From the NCBI GenBank assembly GCA_965214405.1, contig OZ243956.1, positions 3,296,001 through 3,360,000 of the forward strand: 64,000 bases of DNA. The letters are read 5' to 3'. Made by a program: the position numbers and the translations under genes. The stretch comes from Trueperaceae bacterium (GTDB lineage: Bacteria > Deinococcota > Deinococci > Deinococcales > Trueperaceae). Of the stretch, positions 31,229-42,069 are shown piece after piece (the first letter of the stretch is position 1; each line of letters starts with the position of its first letter). Below the pieces are notes generated by a model. That model was given only the letters and a program-made list of their open reading frames with translations. It was not told the DNA's origin and ran no database searches.

Positions 31229-31481
31229 CGTCATACATATCTTCGCGGCGAAACGTGGTTTGTGAAACCGGCGCGGCGGGATAGGCGGAGAATATTAAAG
31301 GTAGAGGAGGTTGTTCCTGCTCACGCTCGGTGTTGACTTTAGTATCAACCACCACAGTATCAACCACCACAGTATCAACCACCACCACCACATGGTGCTC
31401 CCCAGGCGGCAGCTTGGTGGGCAGCTTCACCACGAGTTCACCCTCTGCGGAAACGAGGCCGACGGTGTCAATGCTAATCAT
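31215..31481 (-). CDS. Putative antitoxin
   Basis: Overlaps PIN gene, LPPGEH, C-terminal FRREDMY; TAGACT 6 nt before ATG. Confidence 0.75.
   Translation of the reverse strand: MISIDTVGLVSAEGELVVKLPTKLPPGEHHVVVVVDTVVVDTVVVDTKVNTEREQEQPPLPLIFSAYPAAPVSQTTFRREDMYDDDGR
31341..31385. repeat. 15-bp tandem repeat x3 (VVVDT)
   Basis: AGTATCAACCACCAC x3. Confidence 0.9.
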
Positions 31482-31618
31482 GGCCTAAGTCTAGCACGTC
31501 GTAGAGCAAAAGAAGAAAATGCCCGGGAGAGCGAAAGTGTACAGTTTATCCGCTCTTATTTACAAGTTTATTCTCAAGAAGAGGCTGTTAGACGCCCGAA
31601 AATCTTTGAAACCACGCA

Positions 31619-32185
31619 TTAATTATTCTTGCTCAGGGTGTAGCGCAGACTCGTTTCGTCCCCGGAGAACGCGCCCAAATCAAGCGTCACCGTGCTGCCG
31701 CCCGCGCCGTGAACGTTATCTTCGGCCTCGAGCACCACCGTCCCCGTAGCTTCTACATTCGTCTGCGAGCGGGTAAAGGGCTGCTCGTCGTCGTGCGGGT
31801 GGAGGAGTTCGCGGACGCCGTTCTCGACGTTTTCTCCCCTTACGCGCCACACGTTTGCGTAGTGCTCCCAGCCCTCATCGCGGTGGCGGACGGTAGTGCT
31901 AAAGGTGTAGGTGTTGCCATCCGTTTTTTGAACGTCCACGCCCAGCACGTGCGCGTAGTCCCAGACGTTCCAGTCGGCTAAGTTGAGTTGTAAATCGCCG
32001 CCCTCGAACGTAACCGTGACTGTGTCTTGACCTTCGGGAACGGTGAAGCTGTCGCCCTCTTTCGTCGCGGGCTCGGCGACTTGCCAGGTGGCGGGTTGGT
32101 CGTTGATGAGGAGCTCGAGCGTGTAACTCCCCTGCGCCCAGGCGGTGCCGAAAATGAGAAGCGCGAGAACCAAAAAATGTTTCAT
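31619..32185 (-). CDS. Secreted protein with His-rich C-terminal domain
   Basis: Signal peptide (AWA|Q); RHRDEGWEHYA, LLHPHDDEQPFTRS, DNVHG. Confidence 0.75.
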   Translation of the reverse strand: MKHFLVLALLIFGTAWAQGSYTLELLINDQPATWQVAEPATKEGDSFTVPEGQDTVTVTFEGGDLQLNLADWNVWDYAHVLGVDVQKTDGNTYTFSTTVRHRDEGWEHYANVWRVRGENVENGVRELLHPHDDEQPFTRSQTNVEATGTVVLEAEDNVHGAGGSTVTLDLGAFSGDETSLRYTLSKNN

Positions 32186-32230
32186 GCCCCACCATAGATG
32201 ACAAGCGGGCGCGGGGCTGTAAGCTGAGTC

Positions 32231-33445
32231 ATGACGCCTCAGAGCGTACCGACGGACATCATTTTTGTAAAAGGGGAGGAGGGGGTGGTGCTGTCCGGCG
32301 TCCCGCTGGCCCGGTATATGACGCCAGACGCGTTACGCGCCCTTGTGCGGGACAAATTTAACCTAGACGCCGTTTTGCTCCATGACGGTGGACTGTCTTT
32401 AGGCGTCGAGGGTGCGCCCGTGCTCATGGAGGCGTTGGGGCCACTTCCCAAGAGTTTGGCCCGGACAGCGTGGCAGCTTCCGCCACATGATAGGCCGTGG
32501 ATGCGTCCGGGCTGGTTTGCCGAGGTTGGCAAGTGGTTGGAGGATGTTCTCGAGCCCTACAGCGAGCATGTGGTGAGGCTCGAGCAGGTCAGCACTTACG
32601 ACCTCGCGTGCGTCTTGCGCGCCCAAACAGAAAGCGGCAGCGTGTATCTCAAGGCGAGCGTGGACGCGCTCGAGTCTGTGGTGACGTCTCACCTAAGCCG
32701 TAATTTCCCAGACCTTGTTCCCGAGGTTCTGGCGGTTCATAAAACGTACGGATGGCTTCTCACGCGCGGGGGCGGGGAGAGGCTGAGCGGCGCGGCGGAC
32801 GTTAAAGTTTGGTCGGACGCGCTTGTTAAGCTTGCAAGGTTTCAAGGCTCGAGCGTCAACCTCCAATCTTTGGGAGGCGCTGTCCACGGCTTCGACACAC
32901 TTGCTGAACGGGCCGAGGCATTTTTGAGAGATAAGATTACGCTCTCGGATTGGGGGTTGCGGGATGAGCAGGTAGACGCCCTTGCCGAACTCCCCCCGCG
33001 TATCAAGCAGGCGCATGAGCAGGTAAGCGCCTTGGGTCTTCTTGAGAGTCCGGCGCACGGCGACGCGCAGCCGATGAACGCGCTCTTTAACAAAGAGGGA
33101 AACGTCAGATGGTTCGACTGGAGCGAGGCGAGCGTCGCGCATCCCTTGATAGATGTTGGCTGGTGCCTCGCCTGGATAATGAACCCTGCGCGCGAACCCC
33201 TGCCGGTGTGCCGCGAGGATGGGGACGCCCCTGCGCGGTTGTGGCGCGGTTACCTTCAAGCTTTGAACGTGCCCGACGCCGAAGGGCTTATGGGAGACGC
33301 TGTCGTTTTGGCGATGACCCACCGCGCTTTGGTTTACCACGCGAAATACGCGACGTTTGAGGGCACCGTTCCCGGCTGGCGGCCCCGGTATGTGCCCTAC
33401 TATCTGAGGCTGCTCTTAAAAATGGTGCATATGGTGGAGAAATGA
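32231..33445 (+). CDS. Aminoglycoside phosphotransferase-like kinase
   Basis: VYLK, VPEVLA, HGDAQPMN, FDWSEA..AHP..D. Confidence 0.8.
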   Translation: MTPQSVPTDIIFVKGEEGVVLSGVPLARYMTPDALRALVRDKFNLDAVLLHDGGLSLGVEGAPVLMEALGPLPKSLARTAWQLPPHDRPWMRPGWFAEVGKWLEDVLEPYSEHVVRLEQVSTYDLACVLRAQTESGSVYLKASVDALESVVTSHLSRNFPDLVPEVLAVHKTYGWLLTRGGGERLSGAADVKVWSDALVKLARFQGSSVNLQSLGGAVHGFDTLAERAEAFLRDKITLSDWGLRDEQVDALAELPPRIKQAHEQVSALGLLESPAHGDAQPMNALFNKEGNVRWFDWSEASVAHPLIDVGWCLAWIMNPAREPLPVCREDGDAPARLWRGYLQALNVPDAEGLMGDAVVLAMTHRALVYHAKYATFEGTVPGWRPRYVPYYLRLLLKMVHMVEK

Positions 33446-33488
33446 ATAGGCGCATTCATAAGCGTCAGTGTGACCTCGGAGGGGGAGT

Positions 33489-33914
33489 ATGAACCCTCGA
33501 GCCTTCGCCGACGCCTACACCACAGCGGTTTATAAAGCTGGCGGTCTCGCTTTCACGCCCAGCGCCGAGGGAACGGGGGATGTCTTGTTCTCAGGCCGCG
33601 CCTTTGCCGTCGTCACGGCGCATAATCCTCGTAGCGAAAAGCTTTCGGACGAGGAAAACGAGCGGCGTCATGAGAAACTGGAAAAGGTTTTACGCGAGCG
33701 TAACGCTGTGTTCGGCCTCAGTGTGGGTGAATCACCCGATGGCGCGTGGCGCGAAGAGGGTGTGATTGTTTACGACGTTGCTTTGGAAGAGGCGCTCGAG
33801 CTGGGTCGCCAATTTGAACAGCACGCGGTTCTTTACGGTCAAGGAAACCACGTGGCGCTGGCTTGGTGTGATGGGGGGCTCGAGTGGTTTTATCCGGGGT
33901 TGATTAGCGAATAG
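33489..33914 (+). CDS. DUF3293-family protein
   Basis: AY, FAVVTAHNPRS, EN, W.EEG, GRQFEQ.A. Confidence 0.82.
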   Translation: MNPRAFADAYTTAVYKAGGLAFTPSAEGTGDVLFSGRAFAVVTAHNPRSEKLSDEENERRHEKLEKVLRERNAVFGLSVGESPDGAWREEGVIVYDVALEEALELGRQFEQHAVLYGQGNHVALAWCDGGLEWFYPGLISE

Positions 33915-33927
33915 TCCTCATGCTTGG

Positions 33928-34386
33928 CTAAACCTCGAGCCTCAGCATCTCAACTTCAATCTCTCTCCCCACTTGGAGCCGCGCCAGCGACACGGGCAGC
34001 TTGAAACGTCTGGGTCCCGCGGCACCGGGGTTGAGGAAGAGCACGCCGTTCCGCATTTCTTGGAGGGGTTTGTGCGAGTGGCCGAAAATGACCCCGCTGA
34101 AGCCTGCCGCATGGGGGTCCAAATCAAGCTCGCCAACGTCGTGCAGCACGTAAAAAAACCTGTTCTTGATCTCGACAACATCCGTTAGGGGCAGCGCCTC
34201 GGCCCAGTCACCCCGGTCCACGTTGCCCCGCACCGCGCGAACCGGGGCGAGGTCGCGTAGCGCGGCAAGCACCTCCGGCTTGCCCACGTCACCCGCATGG
34301 ATGATGAGGTCTACACCCTCCAAAGCTCTTAGCGCCTCGAGTCGCAGCAATCCGTGCGTGTCGGAGATGACGCCGACCTGGGTCAC
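33928..34386 (-). CDS. YfcE-like metallophosphoesterase
   Basis: ISDTHG, HAGD, VRGNVD, GHSH, NPG. Confidence 0.9.
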   Translation of the reverse strand: MTQVGVISDTHGLLRLEALRALEGVDLIIHAGDVGKPEVLAALRDLAPVRAVRGNVDRGDWAEALPLTDVVEIKNRFFYVLHDVGELDLDPHAAGFSGVIFGHSHKPLQEMRNGVLFLNPGAAGPRRFKLPVSLARLQVGREIEVEMLRLEV

Positions 34387-35183
34387 TCGAGCAGCCCTTC
34401 CTCCCGTAGCAGCGTATCGAGACTGTCAAGCAGCATGTGAACCCGCACCATGAGATTCTGAGGCGGCGCACTCAGCACACTTTCGACATCAGCGCGCATC
34501 TCTTTTGGTTTCAGCGCGCACGCGTCCGCCCACGTCAGCAGCCGCTTTTCGCCGGGATGGGGGAGGCGGTTGACGGCAAAGAGGATGTCGAAATAACTCG
34601 CCAGGAGGGCGGCGAGGCGGTGGTTGACGCTGACTACGTCGTGGCGCTTTACGGCCTTTTCTAATTGCCCGGCGTACGACGACAGCGCGCCCCGCAAAAA
34701 CGCGTGATTTTTGGCGACGATGTTGCGCCTTAGCGCCTCGGGGTAGGGACCTTGCGCGGTGCGTTGCAAAGCGGCGTACCAGCCGCTGCGGTCGAAAAGG
34801 AGTTTTGAAGCGCGCACCGTATGCCAAAAGGCGGTCGAGTAGCCCATCGAAGCTTGAAAGTTCACGAGCACGTCCTCGAGCCTTTCGCGCATCCATCCCG
34901 TTTCCCAAAGCATCACGTCTACGTGGACGCCCGCCTCGACCCACTCGTCGCCGGGGCCGAAGAAATCGTTGTTGAGCTCGAGCCGGACGGCCTCATCACC
35001 CACGGCCTTTCTGCGACTTTCTAAGGGCAGCGGGTCGCATGAAAACACGTAGAGGTCGATGTCTGAGCCTGCCTCGGCCCGCTCGGTCGCCAGCGACCCG
35101 CCCAGGGCCACCGCCTCGACCTTGGGCAAGCCGCGGTAGCGTTCGGCAATCTTTTGGGCGAGGCTCAGCGTGGCGTGTGTCAT
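34383..35183 (-). CDS. Nucleotidyltransferase-domain protein (DUF4037-like)
   Basis: ALGGS...SDIDLYV, LFDRSG, YP..L, HPGEKR. Confidence 0.8.
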   Translation of the reverse strand: MTHATLSLAQKIAERYRGLPKVEAVALGGSLATERAEAGSDIDLYVFSCDPLPLESRRKAVGDEAVRLELNNDFFGPGDEWVEAGVHVDVMLWETGWMRERLEDVLVNFQASMGYSTAFWHTVRASKLLFDRSGWYAALQRTAQGPYPEALRRNIVAKNHAFLRGALSSYAGQLEKAVKRHDVVSVNHRLAALLASYFDILFAVNRLPHPGEKRLLTWADACALKPKEMRADVESVLSAPPQNLMVRVHMLLDSLDTLLREEGLLE

Positions 35184-35232
35184 GGCCTCGAGCTTACCAG
35201 GCTTTGAGGCTTGACAGACTTTTTGTTTCTTA

Positions 35233-35862
35233 TCACGCGTCCCGTCCCAATAAATAGTGATGCCACACGAGCCGCGCCGCCACCGAACGCCAGGGACGCC
35301 AGGGTTCGGCTAAACGCTCCAACTCCCCCCGCGTCGGCCTCGCTCTCAGACCTTTGAGATTCTGCGTCCCAATCACGATAGCTAAATCTCCCACCGGCCA
35401 CACATCGGGTCGGCGCAGCGCCATGAGCAGATGCACGTCTGCGGTCCAGGGGCCGATACCGGGGAGCTTGGTAAGTTGAGCCCTTACGGCGTCGTCCTCC
35501 AGGTGGTGAAGCGCGTTTAAGTCGAGGTCACCCGTCACCACCGCCTCGGCCAAAGCTCGTCCGTAGCGCGTTTTTTGGCGGCTAAAGCCCGCGCTTTTAA
35601 GCGCCACGTCGTCAAGCGCCAAAAATGTCTCCGGCGTGAGGGGCGAGGCGACCCCCTGAAGCCGCTCAAAGGTCCGCCGCGCCGACGTTTCGGACACCTG
35701 CTGACCCAGGATGGTGCGTAGGAGCCCGCCGAAACCGGGGTCGCGCGACCAGAGAGGCGGCGGACCGAGGCGGTCCACGACGCGGGCGAAGTCGGGGTCT
35801 TGGCGGGTGAGGGTCTCGAGCCCCCGCGCTAAAGTCTCGTCCTCTGTAAGGAGCCCACTCAC
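35233..35862 (-). CDS. DNA-3-methyladenine glycosylase II (AlkA-like); start uncertain
   Basis: ILGQQVS, GFSRQK, LPGIGPWTA, PVGDLA, WRPWRSVA. Confidence 0.9.
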   Translation of the reverse strand: MSGLLTEDETLARGLETLTRQDPDFARVVDRLGPPPLWSRDPGFGGLLRTILGQQVSETSARRTFERLQGVASPLTPETFLALDDVALKSAGFSRQKTRYGRALAEAVVTGDLDLNALHHLEDDAVRAQLTKLPGIGPWTADVHLLMALRRPDVWPVGDLAIVIGTQNLKGLRARPTRGELERLAEPWRPWRSVAARLVWHHYLLGRDA

Positions 35863-36160
35863 TTCAACCTTTTTCTTCGTTCTCGCTTTGTGACGCAGCC
35901 GAAAGGGATAAAAAGGAGCATGTTGCACTGTACCTTCTCACGTCATAACGTCCATCAAGACACCTGCCTATCAAAACACCTTTTTGACAGTTTGACAAAA
36001 TGTGTCAGTGGCCGAGGTTTGTTAAGGGGAAGCGCTCGAGAAGCGCGACCCCTCCATCCTTTGTAGCTTAGCGCCTTTTATCCCTCACCCTCTCTTCGTT
36101 AAGGTGCTAAACGCAACAAAAAGGTTGCAAAATTCGTTATCCCTGAGGGGGGAGTCCAAC

Positions 36161-37075
36161 ATGAAGAGAATGTTTACGACCGTCTTTGCACTCCTGTTGA
36201 CCATTTGCGTGGGCGCTGTGTCGGCGCAGGCGACCGGCGGCACGGGCGGTATGGCGTTGCCCGCGGGCGCAACCGACGGTTACGTCGAGCGTCCCGACGG
36301 CGCGCGCATCTATTACCAGGTGCGCGGCGAGGGTGAGCCGATGATGCTTATCCACGGTTACCCGCTCAACATGGGTTTATTTAGAGACAACGTCGACGCG
36401 CTTGCGGAGGCGGGATACCAGGTGGTCACCCCGGACCTGCGCGGTTTCGGCCGGAGCGAGGCCCCAGACGGCTCGGCCACCATCCAAATCTACGCCGAGG
36501 ACATGCTCGCGGTCATGGACGAACTCGGCCTAGACCAGGCCATCGTGCTCGGCATGTCGATGGGCGGCTGGACCCTGTTTGAGATGTACGATCAAGCGCC
36601 CGAACGTTTCACCGGCCTCGTTTTTAACGACACCGCGGCGGTGCCTGCGGGCATCGCGGAGGCGGCGCTGTGGCTCGGCGTCGGTCAGCAGGCCGAGGCG
36701 TCGGGTGTCGAGTCGGTCGTACCTTTCCTTATCAAAGACATGTTCACGGGCGAAACCCGCACCAACAACCAGGAACTCGTCGACTACTTGAGCGGCCTCA
36801 TGGAAGAAGCGTCGGTCAACGGCTTTCAGGGCGGCGGCGAGGCCCTGGCGGTGCGCGAGGACAACACGGACGTTTATGGTCAGATTAGCGTGCCGACCCT
36901 CATCTTGTTCGGCATCGAGGACACCCTCACGCCGGTTTCTTTAGCCAACGCGATGGCGGACGCGATTCCCGACGCGACCTTGCAGATTATCGACGGCGCG
37001 TCCCACGCCTCGATGATCGAACAAGCTGACGCGGCCAATCAGGCCATCCTGGACTGGGCGCAAGGCGTCCAGTAA
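36161..37075 (+). CDS. Secreted alpha/beta hydrolase
   Basis: Signal peptide, HGYP, DLRGFGRS, GMSMGG, GASH. Confidence 0.88.
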   Translation: MKRMFTTVFALLLTICVGAVSAQATGGTGGMALPAGATDGYVERPDGARIYYQVRGEGEPMMLIHGYPLNMGLFRDNVDALAEAGYQVVTPDLRGFGRSEAPDGSATIQIYAEDMLAVMDELGLDQAIVLGMSMGGWTLFEMYDQAPERFTGLVFNDTAAVPAGIAEAALWLGVGQQAEASGVESVVPFLIKDMFTGETRTNNQELVDYLSGLMEEASVNGFQGGGEALAVREDNTDVYGQISVPTLILFGIEDTLTPVSLANAMADAIPDATLQIIDGASHASMIEQADAANQAILDWAQGVQ

Positions 37076-37104
37076 GCAACATCAGTTCAAAGTTCAGGTT
37101 TGAC

Positions 37105-37140
37105 ATTTTCCCCCGTGGTTTGACGCTCGCGGGGGAAAAT
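37105..37140. terminator. Hairpin between convergent genes
   Basis: ATTTTCCCCCG...CGGGGGAAAAT. Confidence 0.65.
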
Positions 37141-37182
37141 CTTGTCTTTGCGTCTCACCGGCAGTTCCAAATGTCGTGCGCG

Positions 37183-38061
37183 CTAACGCAAAATGACCAG
37201 CGTCACAAAATAGTACGTCGCGGGCACGGCGAAAAGGTAGGAGTCGATGCGGTCCAAGACGCCGCCGTGACCGGGCAAGAAAAACCCGGCGTCTTTGACC
37301 CCGGCCCAGCGCTTGATAAGCGACTCGAACAAGTCGCCAAGCTGCGCGGCGCTGCCCACCAGGACGCTAAAGAGAATCGCGTCATAAAGGTCGACGCGGA
37401 GGCTCAAAATCCGCTCCAGCCCCCAAGCGGTCGCGGTCACGACGACGACCGCCAGGCCGAGGCCGCCGAACGCGCCCTCGAGCGTCTTGTTCGGGCTCAA
37501 CTGCGGCGCTAACTTGCGCCTGCCAAAAAGTGAGCCCACCACATAAGCGCCCACATCGCTCGCGGCGATGGCTAACACGGGGAATGCCAAGTACCAGAGC
37601 CCCACCACCCCGTCGGGGGTGTAACGCAAGGTGAGCGCGTAGCCCAACATCCAGGGGATATAGAAGTAACCGAAGAACGTAAAAATCATGCTGTAGAGCG
37701 AGTTTTCGTTGGGCCGGATGACCTCTAGGGTGATGAGGTAGAGCGCAAAAATGCCAATCAGCGCCTCGCGCCAGCTCACGCCGTCGAAGAGGGGCTGCAT
37801 CCCCGGATAGGTCACGGGCAACGACGCGGGCAGCGTCAGGATGGTCGCCACCCAGAGGCTGCGGCGGCGAATGGGGATGCCGCGCAGGTTCATCATGACC
37901 GCGTATTCTTGCAGCGCGACGAGCGTCAGGAGCAGGTACATGGGGGCTAGGAGCGGCAGGCCCACCCCGATCACCGCGATAGCGACCCCGAACGCGACGA
38001 GCGCCGAAACGATGCGGGCGGTGGGTAGACGCCGTTTTTTCTTACGTTGGGTTCCCCTCAC
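37183..38061 (-). CDS. cdsA: Phosphatidate cytidylyltransferase (start uncertain)
   Basis: SDVGAY, SPNKTLEG, GDLFES.IKR.AGVKD, PGHGGVLDRIDS. Confidence 0.93.
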   Translation of the reverse strand: MRGTQRKKKRRLPTARIVSALVAFGVAIAVIGVGLPLLAPMYLLLTLVALQEYAVMMNLRGIPIRRRSLWVATILTLPASLPVTYPGMQPLFDGVSWREALIGIFALYLITLEVIRPNENSLYSMIFTFFGYFYIPWMLGYALTLRYTPDGVVGLWYLAFPVLAIAASDVGAYVVGSLFGRRKLAPQLSPNKTLEGAFGGLGLAVVVVTATAWGLERILSLRVDLYDAILFSVLVGSAAQLGDLFESLIKRWAGVKDAGFFLPGHGGVLDRIDSYLFAVPATYYFVTLVILR

Positions 38062-38436
38062 GCGGTTAATCTCTGCCGGGTGTGAGCCCTGCTTTTCGCA
38101 ATCCCTGCGTTCAGTTCGTACAAGCCTCGAGTCACAACGGCCGGGACGGGGGCAGGTCGCGTCGGCGCGTGACACATTCTCAGGGCTCTTGTGCGGGAGG
38201 TCGGCGTCATCAAAGTGAGGCGCATCATACCAGGGCTCGAGCGTGAGAGCAGGGGAGACGCAAGGAAAATACCACGTTCATAAAAAGTGACTGAGGGACG
38301 ACCCAGCGTAGGCAACACCTAAACCTGCAAGAGTCAACCTCGGGCACTCATTTGGCCGATGCATGTCCATACGGGCGAATCTCATGTAAAAAGGCCGAGC
38401 AGGAGGCCCGGCCACGCTTGTATATCGAGTTTACCG

Positions 38437-38460
38437 CCGTACTCACACCCGTACTCACAC
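38437..38460. repeat. 12-bp tandem duplication spanning the frr stop codon
   Basis: CCGTACTCACAC x2. Confidence 0.85.
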
Positions 38461-39009
38461 CTCCATGATGTCCTCTTCTTTGCTCTTGAGGCGCTTGTCG
38501 ATCGCGCTCGTAAACTCGTCGGTAAGTTTTTGCACGTCGCTCTCGCCACTCTTCAAATCGTCTTCGGTGAGGAGGTTTTCGCGCTGCATCTCCCTGAGCT
38601 CTTCGTTGGCGTCGCGGCGCACGTTGCGGACGCTCACCTTGGTTTCTTCGCTCATGTTGCGCGCGGTTTTGACCAGACCGCGGCGGCGTTCGTCGTTGAG
38701 GGGCGGCACGGTGATGAAAATGGCGTCGCCCTTGTTGTTAGGGTTAAAGCCCAAATCGCTCTCACGAATCGCTTTTTCAACGTCTTTGACGACGCTCTTG
38801 TCAAAGGGCGTGATGAGAAGCGTGCGCGGGTCAGGCGACGAGATGGTGGCGAGCTGGTTTAAGGGCGTGTTGGCCCCGTAGTAATTAACCTGAACCCGGT
38901 TGAGAACCGCCGGGTTGGCGCGGCCCGTGCGGATGGTGCCGACGTTTTGCTCAAAGGCCTCGAGGGCGCGCTGCATCTTGTCCCGCGCCTCTTTTAGGAC
39001 TGTATTCAT
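38455..39009 (-). CDS. frr: Ribosome recycling factor
   Basis: IRTGRANP, VPPL.DERR, RNVRRDA; AAGGAG RBS. Confidence 0.97.
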   Translation of the reverse strand: MNTVLKEARDKMQRALEAFEQNVGTIRTGRANPAVLNRVQVNYYGANTPLNQLATISSPDPRTLLITPFDKSVVKDVEKAIRESDLGFNPNNKGDAIFITVPPLNDERRRGLVKTARNMSEETKVSVRNVRRDANEELREMQRENLLTEDDLKSGESDVQKLTDEFTSAIDKRLKSKEEDIMEV

Positions 39010-39295
39010 GATGCTCCTTTCGCTGATAGTCAATGCTGGGGTGGTCGATGGTTGGTTTTGGTGGGGCTGACTTGGCATCTTAGCGTTCAGCCCGTCACGT
39101 CAATATTACCCGCGCTGAACTCGAGCGTGTGTAGAAGGGACGGTAAAGTGGTCGTGCTGCTTTTCAAAGGGACGCAGCTAGAGAGATGTTCTCTTTTTCA
39201 TTTCTCTGTTACTGTGGCTGGTTACTGCAGCTGGTTACTTGGCTGTCTCCGCTGAGGCTACCCCTGTGACGGTTACGAATAGAAGCCGTGCATCC

Positions 39296-40105
<810 letters not shown>

Positions 40106-40150
40106 CTAACTAGGGCTCTGGATTCTAACGCTTCGGCCCCGCGCACGCGC

Positions 40151-40744
40151 CTACTCGCCTATGGCGATGCGCGAGAAGGTGCCCACCTGGATGTTTTCGC
40201 CCATCGTCGCCACGGCCTCTTTGATAAGTCCCTCGACCGTTTTCTTGTCGTCTTTGACGAAGGGCTGCTCGAGCAGCACCATATCGCCGTAAAACTTGTT
40301 CAGGCGGCCCTCGACGATCTTGTCCACCACGTTGGCGGGTTTGCCTTCTTCCTTGGCCTGACCCGCCAACACGTCGCGCTCGGCCTGCACCACGTCTTCG
40401 GGCACGTCCTCGCGGCTCCGGTAGATGGGGTTCGCCATCGCCACGTGGATGGCTAGGTCGCGCGCGAGTTTCTGGAAGTTCTCGTTACGGGCGACGAAGT
40501 CGGTTTCGCAGTTGAGTTCGACCAAGGTGGCGATCTTACCGTTGTGGTGGACGTACGAGCCTACGAAACCCTCGCTCGCCTCGCGGTCGGCCTTTTTGGA
40601 GGCCTTGGCGATGCCGCGCTCGCGCAGCAGCGTCGCCGCTCTTTCTAGGTTACCGTCGGTTTCTTGAAGCGTGTTCTTCACGTCCATCATGCCCGCGCCG
40701 GTCATGGCGCGCAACTTTTTGATGTCTTGCATACTTACAGCCAC
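40151..40744 (-). CDS. tsf: Elongation factor Ts (short form)
   Basis: LRAMTGAGMMD, ELNCETDFVA, LLEQPFVKD. Confidence 0.97.
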   Translation of the reverse strand: MAVSMQDIKKLRAMTGAGMMDVKNTLQETDGNLERAATLLRERGIAKASKKADREASEGFVGSYVHHNGKIATLVELNCETDFVARNENFQKLARDLAIHVAMANPIYRSREDVPEDVVQAERDVLAGQAKEEGKPANVVDKIVEGRLNKFYGDMVLLEQPFVKDDKKTVEGLIKEAVATMGENIQVGTFSRIAIGE

Positions 40745-40924
40745 GTCTAAACTCCTCTCGAGCTTCTGCCTTGCGTTCTGCTATGTGAGTTTTGTTGGTT
40801 GTTGTGAATGTTGGCACCGCTACCGGCTTTGCGCCTTCACCGTCAAGTTTTGAGCGAGAGCAGAGGGTGTAAATCTCTGCTCGAGCTCTTTCATCACGTT
40901 GGCGGGGTGCCGTCCGCCAAGACT

Positions 40925-41779
40925 CTAAGCTTCCTCTTTCTCCAAATACTCCCCGTAAGGGTTCTCCTCGTCCTCATCGTCGGCCCCGCGTTTGGCGGCC
41001 ATCGCAATGGTTCGTTCGGGGGAGGAGACGGGGGTCGGCAGCGTTTCGCGCGCGTTTTCTCCCGCGCCCGCTTCGCTTGGGGTGCTCTCTTCCGCCGCGC
41101 CGCCGCGCACCTCGATAATCGCGTCCGACAGACGCGCCGTCACGAGTTGGATGGAGCGAATCGCGTCGTCGTTGCCGGGCACGATGTAGTCGAGCACGTC
41201 GGGGTCGGAGTCGGTATCCGCGAGCGCGACCACGGGCACGCCCAGCTTGTTGGCCTCGCGCACCGCGATGGCCTCTTTGGTGGGGTCCACGATAAAGAGC
41301 GCGTCGGGGAGCCGGGTCATCTCCTTGATGCCGCCCAGGTAACGCTGGAGGCGCAAGAGCTCTTTGCCTAGGTCGATCTGCTCCTTTTTGCTAAAGCGCA
41401 AAATGGTCTCGTCCTCAAAGGCCCTTTCCAAGTCTTTCAAGCGCTCGACCCGCGTGCGAATCGTTTTGAAGTTCGTTAAAGTCCCGCCCAGCCAGCGCTC
41501 GTTTAAGTAGGGCATCCCGCAGCGCTTGGCCTCGGCGGCCAGAATCTCTTGCGCCTGCTTTTTGGTGCCGACAAACAGAATCGTGCCGCCCCTCGAGGCG
41601 ACGTCGCGCAAAAAGTCGAAGGCCTTGTCCGATTCGACCAGCGTCTTTTGCAGGTCGATAATAAAAATTCCGTTGCGCTCGGCGAAAATGTAGCGCTTCA
41701 TCTTGGGGTTCCACTGCTTGGTCTCGTGACCGAAGTGGACGCCTGCTTCGAGAAGCTGTTTCATACCCAGATACGACAT
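40925..41779 (-). CDS. rpsB: 30S ribosomal protein S2
   Basis: [36 protein letters not shown]. Confidence 0.98.
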   Translation of the reverse strand: MSYLGMKQLLEAGVHFGHETKQWNPKMKRYIFAERNGIFIIDLQKTLVESDKAFDFLRDVASRGGTILFVGTKKQAQEILAAEAKRCGMPYLNERWLGGTLTNFKTIRTRVERLKDLERAFEDETILRFSKKEQIDLGKELLRLQRYLGGIKEMTRLPDALFIVDPTKEAIAVREANKLGVPVVALADTDSDPDVLDYIVPGNDDAIRSIQLVTARLSDAIIEVRGGAAEESTPSEAGAGENARETLPTPVSSPERTIAMAAKRGADDEDEENPYGEYLEKEEA

Positions 41780-42069
41780 GGTTCCTCCAAAGGCGGGACG
41801 TTGAGCGAGAGATGTGTGTAGCGTTTTCACCCGTACTGAGCAGATAAAGTGCAGGAATTGCCCTTTAGGCCGCGTTCCAAACGGGTAACGCGTAGGCTGA
41901 CTCATGCTCAAACCAGATGATACCTGCTACAAGGGCAAAAGGGGGCCGCGCGGACATCCCGCTGCCGCGCGGCTATTGCCAAAGAACTAGCTTAACTTAC
42001 ACTTACGTGCCAAAGCAAATTTTATAAAACATCTGGGGAGGCTCGAGCCGACCCGAAACCAACCAAGGG

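Noticed and set aside
41780..41930. S2 autoregulatory leader RNA upstream of rpsB
   Set aside because: Plausible by position (ACCCG/CGGGT pairing), but a structure cannot be supported without a covariance model search
42003..42019. Possible Deinococcus RDRM (DdrO box)
   Set aside because: Only the left half (TTACGT) fits; palindromic symmetry is poor
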